Origin: Antedon mediterranea
Taxonomy: Eukaryota; Animalia; Echinodermata
Direction of reading: 5' to 3'
NCBI RefSeq assembly: GCF_964355755.1
Contig: NC_092673.1
Coordinates: forward strand, 3,038,001-3,102,000
DNA length: 64,000 bases
Position numbers and translations under genes: made by a program. Numbering within the stretch: position 1 is the stretch's first letter; each line of letters starts with the position of its first letter. This document shows positions 38,056-50,495 of the stretch, one piece after another. The notes beneath the pieces are model-generated. The model made no database searches. It was not told the DNA's origin and saw only the letters and a list, made by a program, of their open reading frames with translations.

Positions 38056-39523
38056 TTAAGTATAATTATCAAAGATATATGTTACCATAATCTTAGCTTT
38101 AACTAATTGCACTGGGTATATGTAATCTTGAATTAAAATCAAATTATCATTAAATAGTTGAGACTTGTAGTTAATATAGATTATCATAAATAAATTAACA
38201 TGTAATAAATATATTGCCTTATAAGTGTTACAATAATATTTATAGTTTTGTGAAACATGATGACTCATGGGCATTTATTAGCCTAATATTGTCAATGGGA
38301 ATAAACATTTTAAAATGTTATTTCTCTTCATAGAATATTGAGAAGAAAAAACAAAAAAGGTTTAATATATTATGTATTTATCAAATTATTAATAAATCAT
38401 GATGTCTGTCTCTTTAACATTTTATATGCAATGATTTTCCTTGTTTTTAAAACCCACTTTGTGTAGTAACATCAAGAAAATTATTGAATTATTAAATTGA
38501 TATTCAGAGATCCCCCTTTGTAAATACTGAAAGATGAGTTAATTTTATATCTGCTGTGCTAGTGCTATTCCGCCGTACCACACTAAGGATGTTTTAACAA
38601 GAGTCGCTATCCGAACAATACCATGAAAGCCCCAGTTTGAATTTTGGTTGGGGGGGGGGGGGGCGGCTTTTTCTCATTCTCACAGATTTCCTCATCTTTT
38701 TTAGTTTCATAATTAATTAGTTTTCAGTATATCACCAGGCGGTTTAGAATTCCTTATATACCCTGATTTGTTTTGATTTTTTAATGAAAATGATAATTTT
38801 GACCTTTTAAGTATAGATTTTCTTGAAATAAAAATGCTACACTATCTGATAATAATTAGAATAATGTTATATAAATTGTATATATTTTCTCATTTATCTC
38901 CGAAGATTTTTCATATATACTCTTTCACAATAAACGTCCTACTTTTTAAAAAAACATTTTTTTTTCTCTCTTGTTTCGTTTATTGCAGATGAGAAAACTG
39001 AAGTAATAACACTCATTTAACTAATTGGTTGAAAATATAATCTTTCATTTGAAGTAACTTTTAGGATCCATGTAGTTTTAATTTGTTTTTATTGTGGATC
39101 TTTCTTCTCATCCAAAATGATAAATTAAAAATATTAATTTAAAAATGTACAAAATAATACCACAAACTCGTCATAATTTCAATTATGACTCATGTTTTTC
39201 TATTTTTACGAAAATCTACTGAATAATCAACAATTGCCATACGCAGTATGAAGTATCTATTTAATATGTATATATTCTTGATTATATTTTTTTAGATCAA
39301 ATTATGGAATATTTATTTGTTTGGGCAATTACTGCTGGTAATATATTTACTTCATTAAATTTAATTCCATATTAGATTATGTAACAATGCAAGTCAGGAT
39401 ATTTTTGTAATCTATATTGATATTTAAATATAAGTCAATAATTTAATTATAATAGAATAGAAAAATAGAGACAAGGTTTACTTTAGATTGTTGGTATTAC
39501 TGCATTTCAAAATTCTAAACATA

Positions 39524-40428
39524 GGTTGTGTTCGTACGTATAAAAAAATAAGCGTTTATTTTCAACCTAGCCCCAAGGCATGCATCAGACACCGTTCGTA
39601 CGTACAGATTATTTACCGATTATAAGCAGTTATGCCCATGCTTGAACGATTCATGGCCATGAAAAAAACACCACGGTGTAAAGCATTATGCCCTGCGACT
39701 TTGCCGCGAAAAAACGCCGGTGACAAACGCCTATGCTTATACACTGTGGTGTTTTTCGAATGATTTTAAGTAGTGACAAAAAAATGTCTAATTTTTTTCA
39801 ATTACACAGTGATGTAGGCCAATCTTTTAAGAACATTTCACAGTAATTTGTTTTCTCATACGATCCTCCGTTCAAGAGTTACGATTTTTTAATTAACATG
39901 GTGTCCTGAAATCCTGCGAAAACGCTATGTTATTTCTGATGGTTACGCTTTGTTGCACGGCATAATTTGTTGTCATCGATCGAAGATGTCTTCCGTTTTG
40001 TGAAAAAGGCGTTCGCTGTTATTAAATATTTTTACCAACTACAACTTGTTTTCTTACGACCACCTTTAATGCCCTTTGAAGCTGAAAATCCTGCCAAGAT
40101 ATGCCTACTCCTTACGACCATTTTTATGTTACTTGACGATGATTTTGAGCCTACCCTGAACAACGATTTAGACCAAAATATTGACGATCGACGTTCTAGC
40201 CCTGCACCAACAAGGACAACACCGCCTCAAACACGAACCTTGTTATCGGAGATTAATTACACGCCGTAGGCTGATCGGAGATTTATTATACGCCCGTAGG
40301 CTGAATTTACCTCTAAATTTGGTGGACTTTTTACCTCGTTTGTTAATTAGCTAGAGGCAAAATTTAATTACCGCACGCGACTTCACAGCGGGAATAACTG
40401 GTAAATTTCAACCCGTACGAACGGGCCC
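39524..40428. mobile_element. About 900-bp non-autonomous DNA transposon, Harbinger-like
   Basis: Imperfect termini GGTTGTGTTCGTACG / CGTACGAACGGGCCC, ATA on both flanks, CpG-rich interior, internal duplication TCGGAGATT..ACGCC.GTAGGCTGA at 40246-40304. Confidence 0.55.
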
Positions 40429-40442
40429 ATATTTAAATCTAA

Positions 40443-40598
40443 AGCTCTGTCTACACTATCAAACTAGTTTGACAACAAAGTGTGATTTGCCCAAATATGG
40501 TGGTGATATGCCCAAATACGGTAGTAATATGACATCATGTCAATATATGGGCACATCACATTTTTTTTTCAAACTAGTTTGGTAGTATAGACAGAGCT
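40443..40598. mobile_element. MITE family A copy
   Basis: Both TIRs. A partial copy also lies at 41226-41309. Confidence 0.8.
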
Positions 40599-43500
40599 TT
40601 ACTTCTTTTATAAAAGTTTTTAAGTCATCAATTTCTATTCTAACCTTGGTAAAACCATAACATGTTTTTTTCATGAAATGATTTGACCTTTTGAACACTA
40701 ACAACAATATATGGGTTTTACTACCGACAAATAAAATCCATTTTTATATTAAAATTAAATCCATTTTAATAACAATTTTGAATTTTCACCTTTTATCATT
40801 GATCAGACTAAGCAGTGCAGATTTTGAAAACCCATATATTAGACATGCCTAACAAAAGTCATCAGAAAAGGAGAAAAAAATTAATGACACATTGAGAAAT
40901 ATGAATACATCCAAGCGTGGATTTCTTTTGATGATGCGACAGTGTCTGTCCAAGTACTGTTCATCAACGAAGCGTACATTCAGATAAATTTTGCTAATAA
41001 TCTTGATAAAACTCTTGGTAAAACTAGGAGGCGTGATATTTCTCCTAGTAATCCTGTTCTTGATCCGTTTGACGATTCATGGTTTCTAGCTTTGTTAATG
41101 TCCATTATCTCAATCATTTTGCGTTTTTTATTTGAAAGGTCATTAGTTTACACACATTGAGTTTTTAAAAATAACTTGTGATATTTTAACTGCAAAAGAA
41201 ACTATAAAATCTACCCATTGACTAAAGCTTGACAAAAAAGTGTGATGTTCCCAAATATGGTAGTGATATCCCCAAATATGGTAGTGATATGCCTAAATAT
41301 GGTAGTGCTTCAATGATTTTCTCTTCCCTTCTTCTACCTTTCCTTCTATTTTACCTAGAGGGTGTATGATGCTCATAATTAGAATTGTTACAGAGTGGTT
41401 CTAATCCCCCCCCCCCCCCACCCCCAAGTGCGATACTAAGCAAGCACTATGGGCTAGCTAGTGTGGGTTGGTGGGGAGATGTGTGGGACAAGAAGGCAGA
41501 CAAAAGTTGCCTGTATGGCCACGTAAAGAATTTGCCAAACAAATTGTTGCTCCTCTTTGTAAAAACAATTTAATATCAAATTTATTAATGTTTTTATATT
41601 TTTTTATGTTATTTCTAGAAGATTTTATTTCCCTATAACTACTTCAGATTATACTCACTGCAAATAATATTTTATTCTATAAATGGTAATTTTGAATGCT
41701 ACAGTACTTTACAAAAATAATATATTCTTTTATTAATGTATTTTTTTTGTTATCCAATGTCTAACTAATCTATCTTACTTTCCATTTCTTCTTAAATTGT
41801 ATTTTAAATTGTTTCTTCAGGGTAAATATAATATAATATCACACTGAAAAGAAAATGCATATTTTTTTTAGTATTCAAGACCTTGAATTTTAAACCTCCA
41901 AGTGAGATTGCAAATGTACATTGTGCATGTTATATTTATTTTGATTTTTATACAATTGTCTGCCGTAAAATGTTTTAATAAGAAAAAGTAATTCATAATT
42001 TTATCTAAAATTCAGAATGTATAATTATAAATAAGAAATACAAATTTATAAAGTTTGATTTGATGATTTTTTATGTATTTTTTTTTTCACAAAAAATGAA
42101 ATTAAGACTTGAACACCACATTTGTTACACAAGTAAATGAACGTTTCTTTTAATATATCATAGCATATTATGCTTTATTAATATTTATTCGTTTTAAATT
42201 TAATAAAGGACCTTGTTTCATTTAATCAAATCATAAATCAATTTATGAAAGTTGTATTTTCTTTAACCTACTATTATTTTGATACTGTTTACAATCTCTT
42301 TACAATTGATTTATGTATAATATTAATAATAGACTTGTCTTGTGTTACAGTACTAGGTTTCAATTTTCAAATTATAAAATGGATTTTTTTTTCCCCGACT
42401 TGGATTATCACTCGCTATGTTCTCAAGTCCTTTCATCAGTTCAGAATCGAGTGGTTTCACTGCACGGCGAATTCTAACTGCAAACAAATCATTACCTCAA
42501 GCCTGTGTTACCAAATCCTCATTTTCATAAAGTGCCTTTTTTATACTTGAAACGAGTGGAAGTGATGCTAGGCCCAACTAGTTTACTGTACCTTATTTTT
42601 GCCTCTTTTTAAAAAAAAAACAAACCCAAATTGTTGATACAAGCTTGAGTGTAACACATGGTTGACTTGCCTCTTTTTAACCTAATGTATTTTTTTTTTA
42701 GTTTATGGTTCAGTTAAAAAATCATCTAAACAAAAGAAATTTCATAAAAATATAATCATGCTTGTAAGTTGTATAGGCCCTAAAGGTAAAGCCTTAGAAT
42801 TTCCACGGGTGCATTGTGCAAAACATGCTTCGTTTACCTGTCTAAACAAAGGTTAAAAACACACAGCAACGAACATAAAGATTATAGGCCTAATATAAAT
42901 AATCTTGAATGTGATTTAAAAGAGGCGCTAACCCTCGATACATTGCTGAACATCTGCAGCAACATTGTTTTAATATTAAGAAATACTTAAATGCTTTTAG
43001 GATAGACTAAAATCACTTAGCATGTACAAACATAAATATACAGTATTGTTTGAACTAATGGCAATGCATACTAAATACTTTAATGTTCATTGTTTTGCAC
43101 TGATGATCAGTGTTTAATAGGCTTAGAATATTTTAAAAGCTTTCTATGTAAGAACATGGCAAAGAACAAGCTGTCTTTATTCTTTAAAAATTGCCAATCT
43201 GGCTTTAGTTTTACTAATCCATTTGTTGACATTTTCTAGGCTCCTCTATAGAGGAATTTGTTTCTATACTTTCTACTACGCTTAAACCTTGGACGCAAAT
43301 CTTGATGTTGTCTAAAAAGGTTTTATCTGACTAAATTTAAGTTTTAAAACAAATCCATATCGGTTTAAATGATTGACCTTCTGCTGAATACCTGGATTTT
43401 GATGGCATTTTTAAGGCAATTCTTGTTTTGCTGTATTATTTTCTATTAGTTTCAATGCAAAACTCTTTTTTCAACAATTTATCTTTTAACTATCTTTTCT

Positions 43501-44132
43501 ATTGTTGTACCTTTTATGTATTGAGACTCGCTTTAGAAGTGAGGACGGTAGTATATGAATGAGTTGTCCTTTGCAATATGCTTTCCTTTCTGCCTCAAAC
43601 TTTGGATACTCTTTACTGACAGAACAGTGTTGTGTGCCCATAGTAGGCATAATCTCATTACTTCCCCATGTTATTACATTACATATTTTTATTTATGAAT
43701 CACATATTTTAAGTATGTTTCTTATTAACTTTCTACTTTTTCTCCCAAGTGTTTGTAATGATTTCTATATTTAATTTCAGTCTAAAAAAAGGCCATCACA
43801 ATGAACTTAAAAATCCTTCAAACATGTTTATATAATATTGTTTACTGACTGTAAACTGTATTTGGTTCCTACTTATGTTACCCCACCCATTGAGGTACAA
43901 ACATGAACTCATTAGAACGCAAACAGCAATTGTCCTTGGTATGATACCAACCTTGTCAAAAATCACGAATTATAAATACATAATTCTTTCCAAAATAAAT
44001 GCACCTGATAAAACAAAACCTATTGCAATGCATATTTTTTCTAGTACTCTATATTTAGTGACAGGACTATTCATTCAACAACGTTTATTCATTTCTATCA
44101 ATGGTAAACAATACAATAAAAAATGGTAATAT

Positions 44133-44583
44133 CAAAGAACTTATAACACAAGAATCTCCTGTTTGTCCGAAGCGCGTAACAATTTCGAAAGGCATTGTGG
44201 GATAGAATAGAGCTAATGGGTGGCGCCATTGTGAGCCATGGAGAAGCGCGCCCGCATCAAATTAGAAAGTCAAATTCATAGAGGGGGTCTGCTAATACTA
44301 TAGGGGGATAGAGTAATTGACTGAGCCCTCTATTGGAGTAGTGCGCCCTCAACAAATTAGAAAGTCAAAATCATAGAGGGGATCTGCTAATACTATAGGG
44401 GGGATAGAGTAATTGACTGAGCCCTCTATAGGAATTAATAGTTTTGACTTCCTAGTTTGGAGGGGGCGCTGCTCCATGCTGTGAAATGGCGTCGCCCAGT
44501 TTGACCTTTTAACCCTGTACTTCCGATACTGTGTTTTGAATGCAAATTTAAGAACAGGAGATTCTTGTGTTATAAGTTCTTTG
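44133..44583. mobile_element. P-superfamily (P/Galileo-like) MITE, 451 bp
   Basis: Perfect 31-bp TIR CAAAGAACTTATAACACAAGAATCTCCTGTT and perfect 7-bp TSD GTAATAT (44126-44132 and 44584-44590). Internal direct repeat with about 95-bp period. Confidence 0.85.
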
Positions 44584-46438
44584 GTAATATACAATAATAA
44601 AACAATACAACATAACCATTAATAGAGGATCTTGCCAGAAGAAATTTCTTGTCACGCAAGACCCAAAAACGAAAAAAAACTATTGTTCGATGCAATATAG
44701 GGAAGAATTTTAAATTTTAATTCGTTCAATCATTTTCATTTTGTCTGTTCTGAACAGTGTGCACTCTGTACACCGTTTCTTTTTACTGATATATTATATT
44801 TGATATAATTAACCAATGCAAATCCAGAGATAAGGCATAATTGTGTATATATTATATTAATAAAAATGCCAATTATCACTGCTGTGTATATAATCTACAC
44901 CATTTAGCAGTAAATTATACATCATATTCACTACTCGTGCGAACATACATTTCCTCTTAATTTTTCTTGACGTGGCTATAGTAGGGTCAATGGTGTAAAC
45001 CGAACCTTCTGTTGTTTTACCAGACATATGTCAATCATACTCGTGGACTAAGCAAGAACAATCAAGGGATGTATCTAATAGGCAGAGTAAACACTGTTTA
45101 TGGCCTGTCTGGTATTTAATGGGATATTAAAATCACGCAAATGAAAGTTTAAACCACTATTGGTTTCAAAAGATCAAACTCTGAGATTAAACATCATTAG
45201 AATTGACTAAAGTTTGTTTTAGTCTATATTCAAATTTAACAATTTATAGAAATTGTTGTATTTGCACTTGTCAATCAGTGGTTTAATGTTCACATAAAAC
45301 TAATACTCTTCCTAAACCCTTAGTTTCATAAGTGTTATTAATAAAAAACTATAAAAATTCAGCTTTGTTGAATATCGTTGACAAAACGTTGACCTTTCTG
45401 TTTAAAGTTTAATATATTTAATAGATAGCAGTACTTGTGAGTGATTTCTTCCCGATAAATTTTTATATTCTTTATTCTATAGTACTGTATATTCCTAACT
45501 ATTAATCATACTGACCCTGTAATGGTAAAAATATCTCGTTTTAAAACAGCCAAGGAATCTGTTCCAGCTAATCATTTTGTTTTGTTTAGAAATGACTTAA
45601 AATCTAGTAGTGGGCTTATAATTATATCCCTGTATAGTGGATTAATTATTTAGTAATAACATAACCAACATTTTAAATACAACTCAATTGATATCACCTA
45701 AATAAATTATTTTAACTTAGTCTGTTAAATCAATTTTTTACTGATAGTTTCATTTTTTTTAAATAAATAAAAAACCTGTACGGAGCCTCTTCAAATATTT
45801 CTTGATTTTAAATTAGAATGTAGTCCCTGTGGATGTGATCGACAGGTCAAGTCATCAAATGTCATCTACATGACAGACTTAACTTAATGTTTATTTTAAA
45901 ATGCATTTAAGTATGTACTAGAATATATTGAATTATGTATAGCTTACATAAGGACATCAGTATCGACAAATATATTAAATGCTTATTGAGTAGCATTCAA
46001 TTTCGGTTTTAAACGTTCATCATGCATGTGGTAGATACAATTGCATTTATTACTAATTTTCTGACCATTCCTTGTACTCAAATTCACGGTATTCTTTACA
46101 GGAACTACGTATGTACTTTGTAATTTATTACAGATTGTAACACATTTATATCTTTTTTATGATTCTTAAACTTCCTTAACAAGAGTTCAGATTGTCAATT
46201 TTAAAATGATTGATGTTTTATTACAAGTTTAATTTAAAGTAAGTTATTAGCCAATTTAAAAATAGGAAGTTTAAGTGGAAATTGTTGATAGCTAAAGTTG
46301 ACGAGTTTTGACCAAGGAAGAAATCTGTACATATTTTTCTCATTTTGTTTTCATATTGATATCAAAACAAATAGTATGTACAGTATTTGTTTTCTTAGAA
46401 TAAATCCAAAGGAAAATTTCTGAAAAAAGTACAAATAC

Positions 46439-46672
46439 TGTGAGTATCAGTGGCTGGATCTCAATGGAGATACAAAATAAAATAAGCACTGAAAAATGAC
46501 ATTGCTGTTGGTATCAGTGGCTGGATCTTAATGGAGATACAAAATAAAATAAGCACTGAAAAATGACATTGCTGTGGGTATCAGTGGCTGGACCTCAATG
46601 GAGATACAAAATAAAATAAGCACTGAAAAATGACATTGCTGTGGGTATCAGTGGCTGGATCTTAATGGAGAT
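46439..46672. repeat. 67-bp tandem repeat, about 3.5 units
   Basis: GTATCAGTGGCTGGA recurs at 46444, 46511, 46578 and 46645. A single related copy lies at 48705-48755. Confidence 0.9.
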
Positions 46673-46916
46673 TTTAATCTGTGTATTTGTTTTAGAATCA
46701 ATCTTAATATGAATAGACATATTTACATATTTTATATTTATCTTAAAATGTATTTGTTCTACTGTTTTTATGTCTTAAAGGATCCCTACCCGACAGTGAT
46801 TAATTAGTTCATTTTTGGGGTACCTCATGTTCTGGCTGTTATGTATTATGTTGGTGTATTTTATTGTTTTGTTTATTTTTTTGATATGAATAAATGAAAA
46901 ACCGACAGAAAAATTA

Positions 46917-46958
46917 GAACAGCTTTCGGTCAACACTAGCCCTTCATCAGTGCAAGTG
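46917..46958 (-). ncRNA. Degenerate minimal type I hammerhead ribozyme motif (Penelope/retrozyme-like)
   Basis: CACTTGCA-CTGATGA-A-GGGC-TAGTGTT-GACC-GAAA-GCT-GTTC: intact core, one stem II mismatch, G at the cleavage position. Confidence 0.55.
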
Positions 46959-48808
46959 TTCTTAGAATAGACAGCCAATTTTCAGTACTATCTAAATATG
47001 GTCATAGAATCGGACAAATATTGTAGGTTACTACTAAGAATCTGGTGAAATTCATATCTAAAGTTAAGATCAATAATACTTTGCTTTGTACGAACAATGG
47101 ATTTTCTTGAAGATGCTTCCTACTGTACATATATCTTCTACAATTATGCTAATGAATTCACGATTTTAAAAAACGTTTGCAATAAATTGGCAATATGGTA
47201 AATTTTTGCTGAATTCCGACACAAAATGGTGCATTTCATACCTTTTTCTATGTCTTATTATACTTTCTTACTTTAAAAAACAAGTGGAATTAGTAACAAG
47301 TTCAAATGAGGTAATCATGATTAATGCGAAGCAATTTATTATGTTCTCAGTAAATAATGCAACATTAGAACATTGATTGATAATGTTAAGTAGACATGGA
47401 GACCACATCCGTCAATGCCGTATGAAGACCACACCGATACACCACTACAATGTGTGTGGTAGAGAATCGGCATATTAATACTTGTATTGGCCTGAATTTA
47501 TTTTGGAAGATGAATAGCCCAGTTGTTGTATACTTTTTATATTTGTTAGATTACCACCATGTTTGTCTGGCATAATGTTTGAGTATTTTTGTGAACTGAG
47601 ACTGCCATTTATATCTAAAATGGCAATCATGTAGTTGTGCTTGGTTCATGTAATCATGGACATCTACCTTCAATGTCTTCCATCCACTTTATTTAAGGCC
47701 TTTATTTTAGATGAGTAAATTCACCCAATAAAATGTTCTTTTGATTTACTATATACTTATCCTTCTTTAACTTAAACGATACCTCGTCATGTCCAGATCA
47801 AACAAACTAAAATCTTTCTATCTCAATTTCCACACGATGAATCTTTGTTAGTGAACAAATCTCGCATAACAAAATCATTTATCATTAATTTCTGGATTTA
47901 CTTTTTTGTTTAAAGGTTGTGTTTGTTCTTTCGAAATGTCTCAACATTCAGGTTGGTCTGTCCTAATGTTGGCCTCAGTATTCGCTTTGAGCATTTAGAT
48001 TGTTAGAATTTATCCATGTAGATTGGTCTTGGTCTCAACCTAAATGATAAAAGTTATCAGCAATTTTTTTTCTTCTAAAGCCCTGTCACTACTAATATTG
48101 GTGGAACAGTTTTGGTGAACTCCAGACAACCACCAGTAGTTTGAAATGCTGTACTACCCCATGATGTTGATTGTAAGACTGTTTCCCACATGTTTCAACC
48201 GTACACTGCATTACCATACCAGTTTATCAGAATGAAACCGCCCAGTAGGACAACTATTACGGAAATTAGGGACAGGCTAATAATCTGGCTTGGATGTCAA
48301 AAGTCGTGGATTTACTATTCTTTCTGCTGATGCTACCAGTGATAATAATGGGATTATTATATTGAACTCTCTATTTTGATGATTTTAATTACAAATGAAA
48401 GTCCTGTTTACAACCCCTATTGTGAAAACTAATATTGAATTTAATCGTCATGATGATTATTTTAATTGAAAATACATTAATTATTTATTTACAAATGATG
48501 GTAAGCGGTTTAAAATTCTTTCTTTATTAAAAAAAATTATATATCTATTGATATTTCTTGGTAGGTGTTCATATATATATATATATATATATTTATCGTT
48601 TCAAATTAATTAATTCAATTTCAGTATATCACCGGGCAGTTTAGAATTAATGTTCTTTGCCTGTTGTGTTTATATATATATATATATAAATCCAAAGGCA
48701 AATTACTGAAAAAAATGCTGTGGGTATCAGTGGCTGGATCTCAATGGAGATACAAAAAAAAAGGGAAAAGCTAAATCAAAACGATAAAGTAAACAGCCAG
48801 CAAAGTTA

Positions 48809-48850
48809 GCAGAGCTTTCGGGCAACACTAGCCCTTCATCACTGCAAGTG
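48809..48850 (-). ncRNA. Degenerate minimal type I hammerhead ribozyme motif, second copy
   Basis: CACTTGCA-GTGATGA-A-GGGC-TAGTGTT-GCCC-GAAA-GCT-C-TGC: perfect stem II, CUC triplet, 3-bp stem I, C3-to-G core change. Confidence 0.55.
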
Positions 48851-50467
48851 AGGGAATTTGGATAAAGTCATAGCATATGAGTATATATATATTGAAATTT
48901 ATTTTGAACTCCAAATTAAAATGACTACAGTGTGGTAGTTAGCAGACAATCTAATAGTTGAAATATTCATCCTCAGTTTATTCAGTCAATAAAGACAAGG
49001 CCTGTAAATCAATTGGATTACTTCTGGACATTGCTGGACATTGCAATGATATTAATAACTGACCGATGCCCTGAGCGAATAAGACCATTATCAGATAGTG
49101 TACTAAACAATGACATTTTAGTGAGGCTTGATATTAAAATACTTTGTGTAATATTTATATCTTTATTTATAACACTTGGATAAGAATTAATCTTTATATA
49201 TCACAATTTATATACTCTATATTAATAATATATTATTTTATTTCAAGAATTGGAATTTAGAAGGAGAAAGATACTAATACAGTCAATATATTTCTTAAAG
49301 TTTTTCTTTCACAACAATTTATTAAAATTCCTGATTTGATTGTTTTAGCTTTGGGCTAAACACCATTCTTCCACATTCTGAAAATGTTTTTGTTTTCTTT
49401 ATTAAATTATCATTAAATGTGCTCAAATGGAATTTAATGTTTGTTTTCCTAATCTTTATCTTCTATATCATAAAGTCCACATCCTATCAACTCACCACAA
49501 ACAATATAAAAAAATAACTTGAAGATTGTACAGACTTAACTTATGGGTGATAGACTAATTATAGATCATTTCAAAACAGGGTTACGGTAGAAAGATCAAG
49601 GCTTTGAGAACCCTAGGAGGTTGAGGTGTCCTGTCTAGATCGCCCCATGTGTCTAAACGGTTCCGTGGATGCAAGGAATTGCTATGTCATAAGGAATGCG
49701 TTTTCTGTGATTCACGTTTGATGGCTAGGCTGTATGACTGACAACTTTAAAATATATACCAATACCTGATAATGAAATTAATATGTGATAAACACTCTAG
49801 GCTCATGTTTGCCTAGATATTGTCTTATCAGATTTCAATGAGAATCAATGAACGGCCAATTCAATCTCAAGTGGATCACACTGCAGATTTTGAACGGCAG
49901 ATCACATTACATATGAAGCTATATTAATGTGTGTTTAAAGGCAGCCATGTTGATAGAGTATGGTTTAATCATGTAATGATTTCATGTTATTCGTTTATTG
50001 ATCATAAATACAAAATTAACAAGATTCTTTCTTTTTGGTTCATATTGTCTTCTAGTTGTAACATGTCATGGAATACAGAAAATAATCATACTCATAGTCA
50101 TTTTCTTTCAAGAAAACAAATTCTATCCTAATTATAATATAATAGTTACGGTATAAATGAATATCATAATTAGATTTTTCTACCCAAAATGTTTTCTACT
50201 TAAGATTTTTCCTCTTCTTATCCATCAATATTGGCAGGCCAGGTAGTGATTTCTCTATTTTTGCATGCAATTCTTAAAATTACTTTTTAGAAATTTCTTT
50301 GTTCAGAAAATATTAACTTGTTAATCCTCAATGGTTTATTTTAGTTTTTTTTTCTATCAGAGGAAAGAAATGTTATCATAATTATTATAATATTGTACTG
50401 TATTACAATTCCTTTCTGTTAAACTTAAATATTGTATTATTTAAAACTATAGATGGTTATCATTTAG

Positions 50468-50495
50468 CTGTCTGTCTGTCTGTCTGTCTCTGTCC
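50468..50495. repeat. (CTGT)n microsatellite
   Basis: ctgtctgtctgtctgtctgtctctgtc. Confidence 0.8.

Noticed and set aside
38955-39010. Strong plus-strand acceptor (also 35800-35815 and 46090-46113)
   Set aside because: No sensible open exon or partner sites follow; such signals arise by chance in T-rich DNA on both strands.
46439-46672. 67-bp period repeat similar in size to a CRISPR repeat plus spacer
   Set aside because: The would-be spacers are identical between units, so it is a simple tandem repeat.
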